From positions 19,158,001 to 19,222,000 of the forward strand of contig OZ024744.1 of NCBI GenBank assembly GCA_964016885.1: 64,000 nt of DNA, given 5' to 3'. This document shows, in pieces, positions 43,490 through 56,500 of this stretch. Every line of letters starts with the position of its first letter. Position 1 is the first letter of the stretch. Position numbers and translations under genes: made by a program. The notes under the pieces are model-generated. The model was not told the origin of the DNA. It worked only from the letters and a program-made list of their open reading frames with translations, and did not search any database. This DNA comes from Eledone cirrhosa (taxonomy: Eukaryota).

Positions 43490-46020
43490 CACTGTGTATG
43501 TCACTGTGTGTTTCTGTATGTCTGTGTCACTGTGTATATCACTGTATCTTTGTGTATGTCTGTGTCACTGTGTATGTCACTGTGTGTTTCTGTATGTCTG
43601 TGTCATTGTGTATGTCATTGTGTGTTTCTGTATGCCTGTGTCTGTGTATGTCACTGTATCTTTGTGTATGTCTGTGTCACGGTGTATGTCACTGTATGTT
43701 TGTGTATGCCTGTGTCACTCTTATATCAATGAATGTTTCTGTATGTCTATGTCTCTGTGTATGTCACTGTATCTTTGTGTATGTCTGTGGCACTCTGTAT
43801 GTCATTGTGTGTTTCTGTATGTCTGTGTCACTGTCTATGTCACTGTATCTTTGTGTATGTCTGTGTCACTGTGTATGTCACTGTGTGTTTGTGTATGCCT
43901 GTGTCACTGTGTATGTCACTGTGTATTTCTGTATGTCTGTGTCACTGTGTATGTCACTGGGTGTTTCTCTATGTCTGTGTCACTTTGTATGTCACTGTAT
44001 CTTTGTGTATGTATGTGTCACTGTGTATGTCCCTGTATCTTTGTGTATGTCTGTGTCACCGTGTATGTCACTGTATCTTTGTGTATGTATGTGTCACTGT
44101 GTAAGTCATTGTATCTTTGTGTATGTCTGTGGCACTCTGTATGTCACTGTGTGTTTCTATATGTCTGTGTCACTGTCTATGTCACTGTATCTTTGTGTAT
44201 TTATGTGTCACTGTGTATGTCACTGTGTGTTTCTGTATGTCTGTGTCTCTGTGTATGTCACTGTATCTCTGTGTATGTCTGTGTCACTGTGTATGTCACT
44301 GTGTGTTTGTGTATGCCTGTGTGACTGTGTATTTCACTGTTTGTTTATTTATGTATGTGTCACTGTGTATGTCACTGTGTGTTTCTGTATGTCTGTGTCA
44401 CTGTGTATGTCTCTGTATCTTTGTGTATGTCTGTGTCACTGTGTATGTCACTGTGTGTTTCTGTATGTCTGTGTCACTGTGTATGTCAATGTGTGTTTCT
44501 GTATGCCTGTGTCTGTGTATGTCACTGTATCTTTGTGTATGTCTGTGTCACGGTGTATGTCACTGTATGTTTGTGTATGCCTGTGTCACTCTTATATCAA
44601 TGAATGTTTCTGTATGTCTATGTCTCTGTGTATGTCACTGTATCTTTGTGTATGTCTGTGGCACTCTGTATGTCAATGTGTGTTTCTGTATGTCTGTGTC
44701 ACTGTCTATGTCACTGTATCTTTGTGTATGTCTGTGTCACTGTGTATGTCACTGTGTGTTTGTGTATGCCTGTGTCACTGTGTATGTCACTGTGTGTTTC
44801 TATATGTCTGTGTCACTGTGTATGTCACTGGGTGTTTCTCAATGTCTGTGTCACTTTGTATGTCACTGTATCTTTGTGTATGTATGTGTCACTGTGTATG
44901 TCCCTGTATCTTTGTGTATGTCTGTGTCACCGTGTATGTCACTGTATCTGTGTATGTATGTGTCACTGTGTAAGTCATTGTATCTTTGTGTATGTCTGTG
45001 GCACTCTGTATGTCACTGTGTGTTTCTATATGTCTGTGTCACTGTCTATGTCACTGTATCTTTGTGTATGTATGTGTCACTGTGTATGTCACTGTGTGTT
45101 TCTGTATGTCTGTGTCTCTGTGTATGTCACTGTATCTCTGTGTATGTCTGTGTCACTGTGTATGTCACTCTGTGTTTGTGTATGCCTGTGTGACTGTGTA
45201 TTTCACTGTTTGTTTCTTTATGTATGTGTCACTGTGTATGTCACTGTGTGTTTCTGTATGTCTGTGTCACTGTGTATGTCACTGTATCTTTGTGTATGTC
45301 TGTGTCACTGTGTATGTCACTGTGTGTTTCTGTATGTCTGTGTCACTGTGTATGTCATTGTGTGTTTCTGTATGCCTGTGTCTGTGTATGTCACTGTATC
45401 TTTGTGTATGTCTGTGTCACGGTGTATGTCACTGTATGTTTGTGTATGCCTGTGTCACTCTTATATCAATGAATGTTTCTGTATGTCTATGTCTCTGTGT
45501 ATGTCACTGTATCTTTGTGTATGCCTGTGGCACTCTGTATGTCATTGTGTGTTTCTGTATGTCTGTGTCACTGTCTATGTCACTGTATCTTTGTGTATGT
45601 CTGTGTCACTGTGTATGTCACTGTGTGTTTGTGTATGCCTGTGTCACTGTGTATGTTACTGTGTGTTTCTGTATGTCTGTGTCACTGTGTATGTCACTGG
45701 GTGTTTCTCCAAGTCTGTGTCACTTTGTATGTCACTGTATCTTTGTGTATGTATGTGTCACTGTGTATGTCCCTGTATCTTTGTGTATGTCTGTGTCACC
45801 GTGTATGTCACTGTATATTTGTGTATGTATGTGTCACTGTGTAAGTCACTGTATCTTTGTGTATGTCTGTGGCACTCTGTATGTCACTGTGTGTTTCTAT
45901 ATGTCTGTGTCACTGTCTATGTCACTGTATCTCTGTGTATGTATGTGTCACTGTGTATGTCACTGTGTGTTTCTGTATGTCTGTGTCTGTGTATGTCACT
46001 GTATCTCTGTGTATGACTGT
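43490..46020 (+). repeat. About 3 tandem copies of the 869/871-bp sub-repeat (second copy within the 9.19 kb duplication)
   Basis: Marker stops at 43732, 44603 and 45472 (spacing 871, 869). Confidence 0.9.
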
Positions 46021-49000
46021 GTCACTGTGTATGTCACTGTGTGTTTGTGTGTGTCTGTGTCACTGTGTATGTCACTGTATGTTTCTCTATGTCTGTGTCA
46101 CTGTGTATGTCACTGTATGTTTCTGTATGTCTGTGCCACTGTGTATGTCACTGTATGTTTCTGTATGTCGGTGTCACTGTGTATGTCACTGTATGTTTCT
46201 CTATGTCTGTGTCACTATGTATGTCACTGTGTGTTTCTGTATGTCTGTGTCACTGTGTATGTCACTGTATGTTTCTGTATGTCTGTGTCACTGTGTATGT
46301 CAATGTGTTTGTATGTGTTTGTGTCACTGTGTATGTCACTGTATGTTTCTGTATGTCTGTGTCACTGTGTATGTCACTGTATGTTTGTGTGTGTCTGTGT
46401 CACTGTGTATGTCACTGTGTTTTTGCGTGTGTCTGTGTCACTGTGTATGTCACTGTGTGTTTGTGTATGTATGTGTCACTGTGTATGTCACTGTGTGTTT
46501 CTGTATGTCTGTGTCACTGTGTATGTCACTGTATGTTTTTGTATGTCTGTGTCACTGTGTATGTCACTGTATGTTTGTGTGTGTCTGTGTCACTGTGTAT
46601 GTCACTGTGTTTTTGCGTGTGTCTGTGTCACTGTGTATGTCACTGTGTGTTTGTGTATGTATGTGTCACTGTGCATGTCATTGTGTGTTTCTGTATGTCT
46701 GTGTCACAGTGTATGTCACTGTATGTTTTTGTATGCCTGTGTCACTGTGTATGCCACTGTATTTTTGTGTATGTCTGTGTCACTGTGTGTGTCACTGTGT
46801 ATGTCACTGTATGTTTCTGTATGTCTGTGTCACTGTGTATGTCACTGTGTGTTTCTGTATGTCTGTGTCACTGTGTATGTCACTGTATGTTTTTGTATGT
46901 CTGTGTCACTGTGTATGTCACTGTATGTTTTTGTATGCCTGTGTCACTGTGTATGTCACTGTGTGTTTATGTATGTCTGTGTCACTGTGTATGTCACTGT
47001 ATCTTTGTGTATGTCTGTGTCACTGTGTATGTCACTCTGTGTTTCTCTATGTCTGTGTCACTGTGTATGTCACTGTACTTTTGTGTATGTCTGTGTCACC
47101 GTGTATGTCACTGTATATTTGTGTATGTCTGTGGCACTATGTATGTCATTGTGTGTTTCTGTATGTCTGTGTCACTGTCTATGTCACTGTATCTGTGTGT
47201 ATGTCTGTGTCACTGTGTACGTCACTGTGTTTTTGCGTGTGTCTGTGTCACTGTGTATGTCACTGTGTGTTTCTGTATGTCTGTGTCACTGTGTATGTCA
47301 CTGTGTGTTTCTGTATGTCTGTGTCACTGTGTATGTCACTGTATGTTTGTGTCTGTCTGTGTCACTGTGTATGTCACTGTGTTTTTGCGTGTGTCTGTGT
47401 CACTGTGTATGCCACTGTGTGTTTGTGTATGTATGTGTCACTGTGTATGTCACTGTATGTTTTTGTATGTCTGTGTCACTGTGAATGCCACTGTATTTTT
47501 GTGTATGTCTGTGTCACTGTGTGTGTCACTGTGTATGTCACTGTATGCTTCTGTATGTCTGTGTCACTGTGTATGTCACTGTGTGTTTCTGTATGTCTGT
47601 GTCACTGTGTATGTCACTGTATTTTTTTGTATGTCTGTGTCACTGTGTATGTCACTGTATGTTTTTGTATGTCTGTGTCACTGTGTATGTCACTGTGTGT
47701 TTATGTATGTCTGTGTCACTGTGTATGTCACTGTATATTTGTGTATGGCTGTGTCACTGTGTATGTCACTGTGTTTTTGGGTATGTCTGTGTCACTTTGT
47801 ATGTCACTGTGTATTTGTGTATGGAGGTGCCACTGTGTATGTCACTGTATGTTTGTGTATGTATGTGTCAGTGCGTATGTCACTGGGTGTTTCTGAATGT
47901 CTGTGTCACTGTGTATGTCACTGTAGGTCTTTGTATGTCTGTGTCACTGTGTATGTCACTCTGTGTTTCTCTATGTCTGTGTCACTGTGTATGTCACTGT
48001 ATATTTGTGTATGTCTGTGTCACTGTGTATGTCACTGTATATTTGTGTATGTCTGTGTCACCGTGTATGTCACTGTATATTTGTGTATGTCTATGGCACT
48101 ATGTATGTCATTGTGTGTTTCTGTATGTCTGTGTCACTCTGTATATCACTGTATCTTTGTGTATGTCTGTGTCACCGTGTATGCCATTGTATCTTTGTGT
48201 AAGTCTATGTCACTGTGTATGTCACTGTATCTTTGTGTATGTCTGTGTCACTGTGTATGTCACTGTGTGTTTGTGTATGTCTGTGTCAAGGTGTATGTCA
48301 CTGTATGTTTGTGTATGTCTGTGTCACTGTGTATGTCACTGTGAGATTATGTATGTCTGAGGCACTGTGTATGTCACAGTGTGTTTCTGTATGTCTGTGT
48401 CACTGTGTATGTCACTGTATGTCTCTGTATGTCTGTGTCACTGTCTATGTCACTGTATCGTTGTGTATGTCTGTGTCACTGTGTATGTCACTGTGTGTTT
48501 CTCAATGTATGTGTCACTGTGTATGTCACTGTGTGTTTCTGTATGTCTGTGTCTCTATGTATGTCACTGTATATGTGTGTATGTGTGTGTCATTGTGTAT
48601 GTCACTGTGTGTTTCTGTATGTCTGTGTCACTGTGTATGTAACTGTATATTGTGTATGTTTGTGTCACTGTGTATGTCACTGTCTGTTTATGTATGTCTG
48701 TGTCACTGTTTGTGTCACTGTGTGTTTCTGTATGCCTGTGTCTCTGTGTATGTCAATGTGTCTTTGTGTATGTCTGTGTCTCCGTGTATGTCACTGGGTG
48801 TTTCTGTATGTCTGTGTCACTGTGTGTTTCTGTATATCTGTGTCTCTGTGTATGTCACTGTATCTGTGTGTATGTCTGTGTCACTGTGTATGTCACTGTA
48901 TATGTGTGTATGTGTGTGTCATTGTTTATGTCACTGTGTGTTTCTGTATGTATGTGTCACTGTGTATGTAACTGTATATTGTGTATGTTTGTGTCACTGT

Positions 49001-50539
49001 GTATGTCACTGTCTGTTTATGTATGTCTGTGTCACTGTTTGTGTCACTGTGTGTTTCTGTATGCCTGTGTCTCTGTGTATGTCAATGTGTCTTTGTATAT
49101 GTCTGTGTCACTGTGTATATCACTGTATGTTTGTGTATGTCTGTGTCACTGTGTATGTCACTGTATGTTTTTGTATGTCTGTGTCACTGTGTATGTCACT
49201 GTGTGTTTATGTATGTCTGTGTCACTGTGTATGTCACTGTATATTTGTGTATGGCTGTGTCACTGTGTATGTCACTGTGTTTTTGGGTATGTCTGTGTCA
49301 CTGTGTATGTCACTGTGTATTTGTGTATGGAGGTGCCACTGTGTATGTCACTGTATGTTTGTGTATGTATGTGTCAGTGCGTATGTCACTGGGTGTTTCT
49401 GAATGTCTGTGTCACTGTGTATGTCACTGTAGGTTTTTGTATGTCTGTGTCACTGTGTATGTCACTCTGTGTTTCTCTATGTCTGTGTCACTGTGTATGT
49501 CACTGTATATTTGTGTATGTCTGTGTCACTGTGTATGTCACTGTATATTTGTGTATGTCTGTGTCACCGTGTATGTCACTGTATATTTGTGTATGTCTAT
49601 GGCACTATGTATGTCATTGTGTGTTTCTGTATGTCTGTGTCACTCTGTATATCACTGTATCTTTGTGTATGTCTGTGTCACCGTGTATGCCATTGTATCT
49701 TTGTGTATGTCTATGTCACTGTGTATGTCACTGTATCTTTGTGTATGTCTGTGTCACTGTGTATGTCACTGTCTGTTTATGTATGTCTGTGTCACTGTTT
49801 GTGTCACTGTGTGTTTCTGTATGCCTGTGTCTCTGTGTATGTCAATGTGTCTTTGTGTATGTCTGTGTCTCCGTGTATGTCACTGGGTGTTTCTGTATGT
49901 CTGTGTCACTGTGTGTTTCTGTATATCTGTGTCTCTGTGTATGTCACTGTATCTGTGTGTATGTCTGTGTCACTGTGTATGTCACTGTATATGTGTGTAT
50001 GTGTGTGTCATTGTGTATGTCACTGTGTGTTTCTGTATGTATGTGTCACTGTGTATGTAACTGTATATTGTGTATGTTTGTGTCACTGTGTATGTCACTG
50101 TCTGTTTATGTATGTCTGTGTCACTGTTTGTGTCACTGTGTGTTTCTGTATGCCTGTGTCTCTGTGTATGTCAATGCGTCTTTGTATATGTCTGTGTCAC
50201 TGTGTATATCACTGTATGTTTGTGTATGCCTGTGTCACTGTGTATGTCACCCTATGTTTGTCTATGTCTGTGTCACTGTGTATGTCACTGTATGTTTCTG
50301 TATGTCTGTGTCACTGTGTATGTCAATGTGTGTTTCTGTATCTCTGTGTCACGGCGTATGTCACTGTATGTTTGTGTATGTCTGTGTCACTGTGTATGTC
50401 ACTGTATGTTTCTCTATGTCTGTGTCACTCTGTATATCACTGTATCTTTGTGTATGTCTGTGTCACCGTGTATGCCATTGTATCTTTGTGTAAGTATATG
50501 TCACTGTGTATGTCACTGTATCTTTGTGTATGTCTGTGT

Positions 50540-53500
50540 CACTGTGTATGTCACTGTGTGTTTGTGTATGTCTGTGTCAAGGTGTATGTCACTGTATGTT
50601 TGTGTATGTCTGTGTCACTGTGTATGTCACTGTGAGATTATGTATGTCTGAGGCACTGTGTATGTCACAGTGTGTTTCTGTATGTCTGTGTCACTGTGTA
50701 TGTCACTGTATGTCTCTGTATGTCTGTGTCACTGTCTATGTCACTGTATCGTTGTGTATGTCTGTGTCACTGTGTATGTCACTGTGTGTTTCTCAATGTA
50801 TGTGTCACTGTGTATGTCACTGTGTGTTTCTGTATGTCTGTGTCTCTATGTATGTCACTGTATATGTGTGTATGTGTGTGTCATTGTGTATGTCACTGTG
50901 TGTTTCTGTATGTCTGTGTCACTGTGTATGTAACTGTATATTGTGTATGTTTGTGTCACTGTGTATGTCACTGTCTGTTTATGTATGTCTGTGTCACTGT
51001 TTGTGTCACTGTGTGTTTCTGTATGCCTGTGTCTCTGTGTATGTCAATGTGTCTTTGTGTATGTCTGTGTCTCCGTGTATGTCACTGGGTGTTTCTGTAT
51101 GTCTGTGTCACTGTGTGTTTCTGTATATCTGTGTCTCTGTGTATGTCACTGTATCTGTGTGTATGTCTGTGTCACTGTGTATGTCACTGTATATGTGTGT
51201 ATGTGTGTGTCATTGTTTATGTCACTGTGTGTTTCTGTATGTATGTGTCACTGTGTATGTAACTGTATATTGTGTATGTTTGTGTCACTGTGTATGTCAC
51301 TGTCTGTTTATGTATGTCTGTGTCACTGTTTGTGTCACTGTGTGTTTCTGTATGCCTGTGTCTGTGTATGTCACTGTATCTTTGTATATGTCTGTGTCAC
51401 TGTGTATATCACTGTATGTTTGTGTATGTCTGTGTCACTGTGTATGTCACTGTATGTTTTTGTATGTCTGTGTCACTGTGTATGTCACTGTGTGTTTATG
51501 TATGTCTGTGTCACTGTGTATGTCACTGTATATTTGTGTATGGCTGTGTCACTGTGTATGTCACTGTGTTTTTGGGTATGTCTGTGTCACTGTGTATGTC
51601 ACTGTGTATTTGTGTATGGAGGTGCCACTGTGTATGTCACTGTATGTTTGTGTATGTATGTGTCAGTGCGTATGTCACTGGGTGTTTCTGAATGTCTGTG
51701 TCACTGTGTATGTCACTGTAGGTTTTTGTATGTCTGTGTCACTGTGTATGTCACTCTGTGTTTCTCTATGTCTGTGTCACTGTGTATGTCACTGTATATT
51801 TGTGTATGTCTGTGTCACTGTGTATGTCACTGTATATTTGTGTATGTCTGTGTCACCGTGTATGTCACTGTATATTTGTGTATGTCTATGGCACTATGTA
51901 TGTCATTGTGTGTTTCTGTATGTCTGTGTCACTCTGTATATCACTGTATCTTTGTGTATGTCTGTGTCACCGTGTATGCCAGTGTATCTTTGTGTATGTC
52001 TATGTCACTGTGTATGTCACTGTATCTTTGTGTATGTCTGTGTCACTGTGTATGTCACTGTGTGTTTGTGTATGTCTGTGTCAAGGTGTATGTCACTGTA
52101 TGTTTGTGTATGTCTGTGTCACTGTGTATGTCACTGTGAGATTATGTATGTCTGAGGCACTGTGTATGTCACAGTGTGTTTCTGTATGTCTGTGTCACTG
52201 TGTATGTCACTGTATGTCTCTGTATGTCTGTGTCACTGTCTATGTCACTGTATCGTTGTGTATGTCTGTGTCACTGTGTATGTCACTGTGTGTTTCTCAA
52301 TGTATGTGTCACTGTGTATGTCACTGTGTGTTTCTGTATGTCTGTGTCTCTATGTATGTCACTGTATATGTGTGTATGTGTGTGTCATTGTGTATGTCAC
52401 TGTGTGTTTCTGTATGTCTGTGTCACTGTGTATGTAACTGTATATTGTGTATGTTTGTGTCACTGTGTATGTCACTGTCTGTTTATGTATGTCTGTGTCA
52501 CTGTTTGTGTCACTGTGTGTTTCTGTATGCCTGTGTCTCTGTGTATGTCAATGTGTCTTTGTGTATGTCTGTGTCTCCGTGTATGTCACTGGGTGTTTCT
52601 GTATGTCTGTGTCACTGTGTGTTTCTGTATATCTGTGTCTCTGTGTATGTCACTGTATCTGTGTGTATGTCTGTGTCACTGTGTATGTCACTGTATATGT
52701 GTGTATGTGTGTGTCATTGTGTATGTCACTGTGTGTTTCTGTATGTATGTGTCACTGTGTATGTAACTGTATATTGTGTATGTTTGTGTCACTGTGTATG
52801 TCACTGTCTGTTTATGTATGTCTGTGTCACTGTTTGTGTCACTGTGTGTTTCTGTATGCCTGTGTCTCTGTGTATGTCAATGCGTCTTTGTATATGTCTG
52901 TGTCACTGTGTATATCACTGTATGTTTGTGTATGCCTGTGTCACTGTGTATGTCACCCTATGTTTGTCTATGTCTGTGTCACTGTGTATGTCACTGTATG
53001 TTTCTGTATGTCTGTGTCACTGTGTATGTCAATGTGTGTTTCTGTATCTCTGTGTCACGGCGTATGTCACTGTATGTTTGTGTATGTCTGTGTCACTGTG
53101 TATGTCACTGTATGTTTCTCTATGTCTGTGTCACTGTGTATGTCACTGTATGTTTCTGTATGTCTGTGCCACTGTGTATGTCACTGTATGTTTCTGAAAG
53201 TCGGTGTCACTGTGTATGTCACTGTATGTTTCTCTATGTCTGTGTCACTATGTATGTAACTGTATGTTTGTGTATGTCTGTGTCACTGTGTATGTCACTG
53301 TATGTTTGTGTATGTCTGTGTCACTGTCTATGTCACTGTGTGTTTCTGTATGTCTGTGTCATTGTGTATGTCACTGTATGTTTCTGTATGTCTGTGTCAC
53401 TGTGTATATCACTGTGTATATCACTGTGTGTTCCTGTATGTCTGCGTCACTGTGTATGTCACTGTATCTTTGTGTATGTATGTGTCACCGTGGATGTCAC

Positions 53501-56500
53501 TGTATCTCTGTGTATGTCTGTGTCACTGTCAATGTCACTGTATCTTTGTGTATGTCTGTGTCACTGTGTATGTCACTGTGTGTTTGTGTATGCATGTGTC
53601 ACTGTGTATGTCACTGGGTGTTTCTGTGTGTCTGTGTCACTCTGTATGTCACTGTATCTTTGTGTATGTCTGTGTCACCGTGTATGTCACTGTATCTTTG
53701 TGTATGTATGTGTCACTGTGTATGTCACTTTGTGTTTCTGTATGTCTGTGTCACGGTGTATGTCACTGTATTTTTGTGTATGTCTGTGTCACTGTGTGTG
53801 TCACTGTGTATGTCACTGTATGCTTCTGTATGTCTGTGTCACTGTGTATGTCACTGTGTGTTTCTGTATGTCTGTGTCACTGTGTATGTCACTGTATGTT
53901 TTTGTATGTCTGTGTCACTGTGTATGTCACTGTATGTTTTTGTATGTCTGTGTCACTGTGTATGTCACAGTATGTTTATGTATGTCTGTGTCACTGTGTA
54001 TGTCACTGTATCTTTGTGTATGGCTGTGTCACTGTGTATGTCACTGTGTGTTTGGGTATGTCTGTGTCACTGTGTATTTGTGTATGGCTGTGCCACTGTG
54101 TATGTCACTGTATGTTGTGTATATCTGTGTCACTGTGTATGTCACTGTATTTTTGTGTATGTCTGTGTCACCGTGTATGTCACTGTATATTTGTGTATGT
54201 CTGTTTCACTGTGTATGTCACTGTATCTTTGTGTATGTCTGTGTCACCGTGTATGTCACTGTATATTTGTGTATGTCTATGGCACTATGTATGTCATTGT
54301 GTGTTTTTGTATGTCTGTGTCACTGTCTATGTCACTGTATCTTTGTGTATGTATATGTCAGTGCGTATGTCACTGGGTGTTTCTGTATGTCTGTGTCACT
54401 CTGTCTATCACTGTATCTTTGTGTATGTCTGTGTCACCGTGTATGCCATTGTATCTTTGTGTATGTCTATGTCACTGTGTATGTCACTGTATCTTTGTGT
54501 ATGTCTGTGTCACTGTGTATGTCACTGTGTGTTTCTGTATGTCTGTGTCAAGGTGTATGTCACTGTATGTTTGTGTATGTCTGTGTCACTGTGTATGTCA
54601 CTGTGAGATTATGTATGTCTGAGGCACTGTGTATGTCACAGTGTGTTTCTGTATGTCTGTGTCACTGTGTATGTCACTGTATGTCTATGTATGTCTGTGT
54701 CACTGTCTATGTTACTGTATCTGTGTGTATGTCTGTGCCACTGTGTATGTCACTGTATATGTGTGTATGTCTGTGTCACTGTGTATGTCACTGTGTGTTT
54801 CTGTATGTATGTGTCACTGTGTATGTAACTGTATATTTGTGTATGTTTGTGTCACTGTGTATGTCACTGTCTGTTTATGTATGTCTGTGTCACTGTTTGT
54901 GTCACTGTGTGTTTCTGTATGCCTGTGTCTCTGTGTATGTCAATGTGTCTTTGTATATGTCTGTGTCACGGCGTATGTCACTGTATGTTTGTGTATGTCT
55001 GTGTCACTGTGTATGTCACTGTGTGTTTCTGTATGTCTGTGTCTCTGTGTATGTCACTGTATCTCTGTGTATGTCTGTGTCACTGTGTATGTCACTGTGT
55101 GTTTGTGTATGCCTGTGTGACTGTGTATTTCACTGTTTGTTTCTTTATGTATGTGTCACTGTGTATGTCACTGTGTGTTTCTGTATGTCCGTGTCACTGT
55201 GTATGTCACTGTATCTTTGTGTATGTCTGTGTCACTGTGTATGTCACTGTGTGTTTCTGTATGTCTGTGTCACTGTGTATGTCAATGTGTGTTTCTGTAT
55301 GCCTGTGTCTGTATATGTCACTGTATCTTTGTGTATGTCTGTGTCACGGTGTATGTCACTGTATGTTTGTGTATGCCTGTGTCACTCTTATATCAATGAA
55401 TGTTTCTGTATGTCTATGTCTCTGTGTATGTCACTGTATCTTTGTGTATGTCTGTGGCACTCTGTATGTCATTGTGTGTTTCTGTATGTCTGTGTCACTG
55501 TCTATGTCACTGTATCTTTGTGTATGTCTGTGTCACTGTGTATGTCACTGTGTGTTTGTGTATGCCTGTGTCACTGTGTATGTCACTGTGTGTTTCTATA
55601 TGTCTGTGTCACTGTGTATGTCACTGGGTGTTTCTCAATGTCTGTGTCACTTTGTATGTCACTGTATCTTTGTGTATGTATGTGTCACTGTGTCTGTCCC
55701 TGTATCTTTGTGTATGTCTGTGTCACCGTGTATGTCACTGTATCTGTGTATGTATGTGTCACTGTGTAAGTCATTGTATCTTTGTGTATGTCTGTGGCAC
55801 TCTGTATGTCACTGTGTGTTTCTATATGTCTGTGTCACTGTCTATGTCACTGTATCTTTGTGTATGTATGTGTCACTGTGTATGTCACTGTGTGTTTGTG
55901 TATGTCTGTGTCAAGGTGTATGTCACTGTATGTTTGTGTATGTCTGTGTCACTGTGTATGTCACTGTGAGATTATGTATGTCTGAGGCACTGTGTATGTC
56001 ACAGTGTGTTTCTGTATGTCTGTGTCACTGTGTATGTCACTGTATGTCTCTGTATGTCTGTGTCACTGTCTATGTCACTGTATCGTTGTGTATGTCTGTG
56101 TCACTGTGTATGTCACTGTGTGTTTCTCAATGTATGTGTCACTGTGTATGTCACTGTGTGTTTCTGTATGTCTGTGTCTCTATGTATGTCACTGTATATG
56201 TGTGTATGTGTGTGTCATTGTGTATGTCACTGTGTGTTTCTGTATGTCTGTGTCACTGTGTATGTAACTGTATATTGTGTATGTTTGTGTCACTGTGTAT
56301 GTCACTGTCTGTTTATGTATGTCTGTGTCACTGTTTGTGTCACTGTGTGTTTCTGTATGCCTGTGTCTCTGTGTATGTCAATGTGTCTTTGTGTATGTCT
56401 GTGTCTCCGTGTATGTCACTGGGTGTTTCTGTATGTCTGTGTCACTGTGTGTTTCTGTATATCTGTGTCTCTGTGTATGTCACTGTATCTGTGTGTATGT

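Larger units (their letters stand above)
31000..49400 (+). repeat. Tandem duplication of an approximately 9.19 kb super-unit (about 31.0-40.2 kb and 40.2-49.4 kb)
   Basis: The ORF track shows a constant offset of 9188 bp (31459/40647, 32073/41261, 33926/43114, 35798/44986, 36853/46041). It shifts to 9226 bp, one extra monomer, for 38259/47485, 39141/48367 and 39755/48981. Confidence 0.92.
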
